Of a DNA stretch of 64,000 nucleotides, positions 61,192 through 64,000 are shown piece after piece. Numbering within the stretch: the first letter of the stretch is position 1; the number at the start of each line of letters is the position of its first letter. The notes beneath the pieces were generated by a model. That model made no database searches. It was not told the DNA's origin and saw only the letters and a program-made list of their open reading frames with translations. Where the stretch lies: the NCBI GenBank assembly GCA_034439575.1, contig JAWXAQ010000008.1, forward strand, positions 271,359 through 335,358, in the 5' to 3' direction. Position numbers and translations under genes: made by a program. The DNA comes from Leptospira sp. Its GTDB lineage: Bacteria > Spirochaetota > Leptospiria > Leptospirales > Leptospiraceae.

Positions 61192-61300
61192 TTAATTATT
61201 AATCCCAAAGTAATGTTTATGATTAATATTTTCGCATTCGCAATCATAAAAATTATTAAAATAGAAGGATTGTTACAATTTAATGTATAAAATAATTCTA

Positions 61301-61396
61301 TGCGCCACCGATTGTAGTGGAAATCCGAAGGATTGAAACGAAAAGCGGGGTCGTGTATTTGATAGTATCATGCTATTGGTCAGATGCGAGGCGCCA
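61301..61396 (+). ncRNA. Structured intergenic element, Flavo-1 RNA motif-like (copy 2)
   Basis: gcgcc-a-ccg-attgtagtggaaatcc-gaa-ggattgaaacgaaaag-cgg-gg-tcg...cga-ggcgcc. Confidence 0.7.
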
Positions 61397-61471
61397 AAGT
61401 AATAGCGAGAATTTTTATCTTTACAATATATTTTAAAAGTATAATATTCGAGAATGTAACACGGAGTAAAT

Positions 61472-61867
61472 ATGTTTCAAAAATCTAAAATAGTTTTTCT
61501 TATTTCCATTTGTTTATTTTATTTCTCTCTAGAGGCACAAAAAGGTGCTGATATGGAAGCTCGACCTGCAGGTGGATTTTCCAAAAATATCGCGGGTACT
61601 TGGAAATGTGGCGAACTAGGAACTATGGTTCTCAAACAAAACGGAAATCAAATTTCTGGAACTTACGCAACAAATGGCGGTAAGGTGAAAGGTGTTTCCA
61701 ATGGAAATTCTGTAACCGGAACTTGGACTGAGAAAGATGGTTCGAAGGGAGATTTTGAATGGGAAATTTCGTTTGAAAGGATGACTCCAAAACCTACTCA
61801 TTTGCGTGGTCATTGGAAAAACGAAGATGTTAGTGATTGGGAAGATGAGTGGGTTTGCACTAGATAA
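61472..61867 (+). CDS. Small secreted beta-rich hypothetical protein
   Basis: Signal peptide; repeated G(T/H)(W/Y) strands (IAGTW, ISGTY, VTGTW, LRGHW). Confidence 0.7.
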   Translation: MFQKSKIVFLISICLFYFSLEAQKGADMEARPAGGFSKNIAGTWKCGELGTMVLKQNGNQISGTYATNGGKVKGVSNGNSVTGTWTEKDGSKGDFEWEISFERMTPKPTHLRGHWKNEDVSDWEDEWVCTR

Positions 61868-61986
61868 TCAACATTATATTTTATTTACAATTAACTTTCG
61901 AATTTAGTTTTAACTAAATAGATCTGGATAAGATTTATGATTAATTATGGAAAAAGACTATTATAATTAAATAAAATGAATTTATT

Positions 61987-62736
61987 ATGAAAATATTTGA
62001 TTCACACTTTCATATTATTAATTCAAAGTTTCCTCTCGTTGAAAACAACGGGTACCTTCCACCTGAATTTACAGTAGCAAACTATCTTAATACTACTAAA
62101 GATTATAATATCATTGGTGGCACAATTGTATCTGGGTCTTTTCAAGCATTTGACCAAGAATATTTAATTGATGCTTTGAATATTCTAGGAAAAAATTTCT
62201 ATGCTGTTGCCAATATCCCCATTGGCATCTCTGTCACTGAATTAGATCGATTAAATCAAGCGAATGTTGTAGCAGTTCGATTTAATTTAAAAAGGGGAGG
62301 TTCAGAAAAAATTCAATACATTATTAGATTATCAAATTTTCTTTATGAAAAATATAATTGGCATACTGAATTATATATTGATAGCAAAGACTTAAGCAGT
62401 TTAAAATCCGTTTTATTACAAATACCTAAATTCTCTATCGATCATTTAGGTTTATCTAAGGAAGGCTTAGATGATATTTATTATTGGGTTGAAAACGGAA
62501 TCAAAATTAAAGCTACTGGTTTTGGAAGAATAGACTTTGACCCAATGTTAGCTATGAAAAAAATCTATCAAATTAATCCAAATGCATTAATGTTTGGCAC
62601 TGATTTACCATCAACGCGTGCAAATATTCCTTTTACAAATAATGACGTGCTTTTAATTGAAGAAAATTTTAATACAAATGAACTTGAAAATATATTTTTC
62701 AAAAATGCATTAGAATGGTATTCGAATAAAAATTGA
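61987..62736 (+). CDS. Amidohydrolase-2 family protein (2-pyrone-4,6-dicarboxylate lactonase-like)
   Basis: DSHFHI, RFN, IDHLG, K.TGFGR, FGTDLP. Confidence 0.85.
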   Translation: MKIFDSHFHIINSKFPLVENNGYLPPEFTVANYLNTTKDYNIIGGTIVSGSFQAFDQEYLIDALNILGKNFYAVANIPIGISVTELDRLNQANVVAVRFNLKRGGSEKIQYIIRLSNFLYEKYNWHTELYIDSKDLSSLKSVLLQIPKFSIDHLGLSKEGLDDIYYWVENGIKIKATGFGRIDFDPMLAMKKIYQINPNALMFGTDLPSTRANIPFTNNDVLLIEENFNTNELENIFFKNALEWYSNKN

Positions 62737-62993
62737 AATATTTACATTGGAAGATTTATGTATAAAGCTATTGTTGTTTAGTCGATTTTTGCGAAAAAGG
62801 ATTTAATATCCTATATTGGAATCTTAGTCAGATTTGTGTGCTTGTAGTCTCGCATGTTAGTTTGTGTTTTTTCAATTCGCTTATTAGATTGCAAGTGAGA
62901 TTCTTATATTTTGTCTATAATTTTTGACGTTTCTTGACTTGTAGAGAATTATAAACATACATAAATATTTTTAATAAGTAAGGAATAGATTTA

Positions 62994-63719
62994 ATGAGTA
63001 CTAAAGAACATTACAACAATCATTTGGGTAATTTTTATTCTTGGATGTTGGGTAATTGGATTGAGAAGACAGATGAATTTTATAATTTTCTAAAAGAAAA
63101 TTCATTGGTTCCCGGAAAGAATGCTTTAGCCATTGATTTAGGAGCAGGTAACGGATTGCAAACTATCGCATTAGCTAAGTTAGGATATTCTGTGACTGCC
63201 ATTGATTTTAATCCTCAATTGTTAGATGAATTAAAGAAAAATACATCCGAATTCGAAGTGAAGGTTATAGAAGCTGATATCCGTGAATATGATAAATATA
63301 TAAATAGTAAACCTAGTTTGATAGTATGTTGTGGGGATACAATTTCTCATCTTGAATCCAAGGAAGAGATTCGGAAAATAATAATTCAATTTCATGAATC
63401 ATTAGATTTGTCTGGAAAAATTATATTATCTTTTCGTGATTATTCAAATACATTAGAAGGGGACAGCCGGTTTATCCCTGTTAAGTCTGAGGAAACTCAA
63501 ATTCATACTTGCATATTGGATTATGAGATCGACAGAGTTCGGGTAACCGATCAATTATACCAAAAAATTAATTCAAATTGGGTGATGAAAATAAGTTCTT
63601 ATTTTAAAGTGCGTCTTATTGAATCTGAGATATTATCGTTTGTGAAAGACGGTGGTTTTAAAGTAATCTTACAAAAAAAATTTCAGAACATGATCATTGT
63701 TGTTGCTGAAAGGGAATAA
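62994..63719 (+). CDS. Class I SAM-dependent methyltransferase
   Basis: DLGAGNG, VTAIDF, C.GDT..HL. Confidence 0.9.
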   Translation: MSTKEHYNNHLGNFYSWMLGNWIEKTDEFYNFLKENSLVPGKNALAIDLGAGNGLQTIALAKLGYSVTAIDFNPQLLDELKKNTSEFEVKVIEADIREYDKYINSKPSLIVCCGDTISHLESKEEIRKIIIQFHESLDLSGKIILSFRDYSNTLEGDSRFIPVKSEETQIHTCILDYEIDRVRVTDQLYQKINSNWVMKISSYFKVRLIESEILSFVKDGGFKVILQKKFQNMIIVVAERE

Positions 63720-63958
63720 ATTTTAGTCTTTATTTTAAAACTGTTTTAAATATGTTATCTTGTTTTTAGATTTCTATTGAAAGTTTTTGTGATAATAAAA
63801 ATCAAAATTTAGAAATTCATATAATCTAAATGTATCTCTGAAAAAGTAGCTTCAACAGAAATTATAAATTTTCTTAAATACAGTTATAAGACCGAAGGCA
63901 TGTATTCGCGCGCAAGACTGAAATGTAAAATACGCACCAAATTTGCAACTATCAATAT

Positions 63959-64000
63959 TTAATCAATTTTGTCCCATTCTATTTGGATTTCATAGTTCGC
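63959..64000 (-). CDS. Possible 3' end of a gene entering from beyond the window
   Basis: Minus-strand frame reads ANYEIQIEWDKID*; too short to assign. Confidence 0.3.
   Translation of the reverse strand, partial: ANYEIQIEWDKID

Noticed and set aside
47933-61396. The two related GC-rich elements as CRISPR repeats or IS ends
   Set aside because: Only two diverged copies about 13 kb apart in the same orientation, with no spacers, cas genes, transposase or target-site duplication.
118-61813. Numerous 60-135 aa antisense or alternate-frame ORFs in the supplied track
   Set aside because: They are shadows of well-supported genes, with no motifs or RBS evidence.
62737-62993. AT-rich 257-bp gap as a possible RNA gene or pseudogene
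   Set aside because: No convincing hairpin, repeat or protein-like frame recognised.

Overview
AT-rich, gene-dense bacterial chromosomal segment. Gene content points to Leptospira, probably a free-living species (TRL-family, DUF1566, WG-repeat and SH3 secreted proteins, a bactofilin, spirochaete-type lipoboxes). This is inferred from protein families, not from a marker gene. The window holds about 55 CDSs: housekeeping genes (3' end of a type IIA topoisomerase B subunit, rimI-like, dprA, avtA, acpS, msrA, cutA), signal-transduction genes, and many secreted or lipoprotein genes. Main points of interest: (1) a compact three-gene operon at 52034-57976 encoding a cytoplasmic PQQ-type beta-propeller, a single-pass membrane protein with a possible degenerate FHA-like domain, and a ~1270-aa divergent tubulin/FtsZ-like protein with a ~100-aa insertion in its GTPase domain; (2) a polyamine/GABA catabolic and ABC-uptake cluster (gabD-gabT-patD / ydcSTUV-like) ending in a soluble chemoreceptor with inverted domain order (signalling hairpin first, dCache-like sensor last); (3) two copies of a structured intergenic element with compensatory base pairs, resembling the Flavo-1 RNA motif; (4) a candidate ~65-nt sRNA or attenuator with its own promoter and terminator; (5) a DegT-family protein lacking the catalytic lysine, abutting an ATP-grasp gene that may start at ATA; (6) two unannotated pseudogene remnants. 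I recognised no rRNA, tRNA, CRISPR array, transposase, integrase or reverse transcriptase. All family assignments come from motif recognition by eye; no searches were run.
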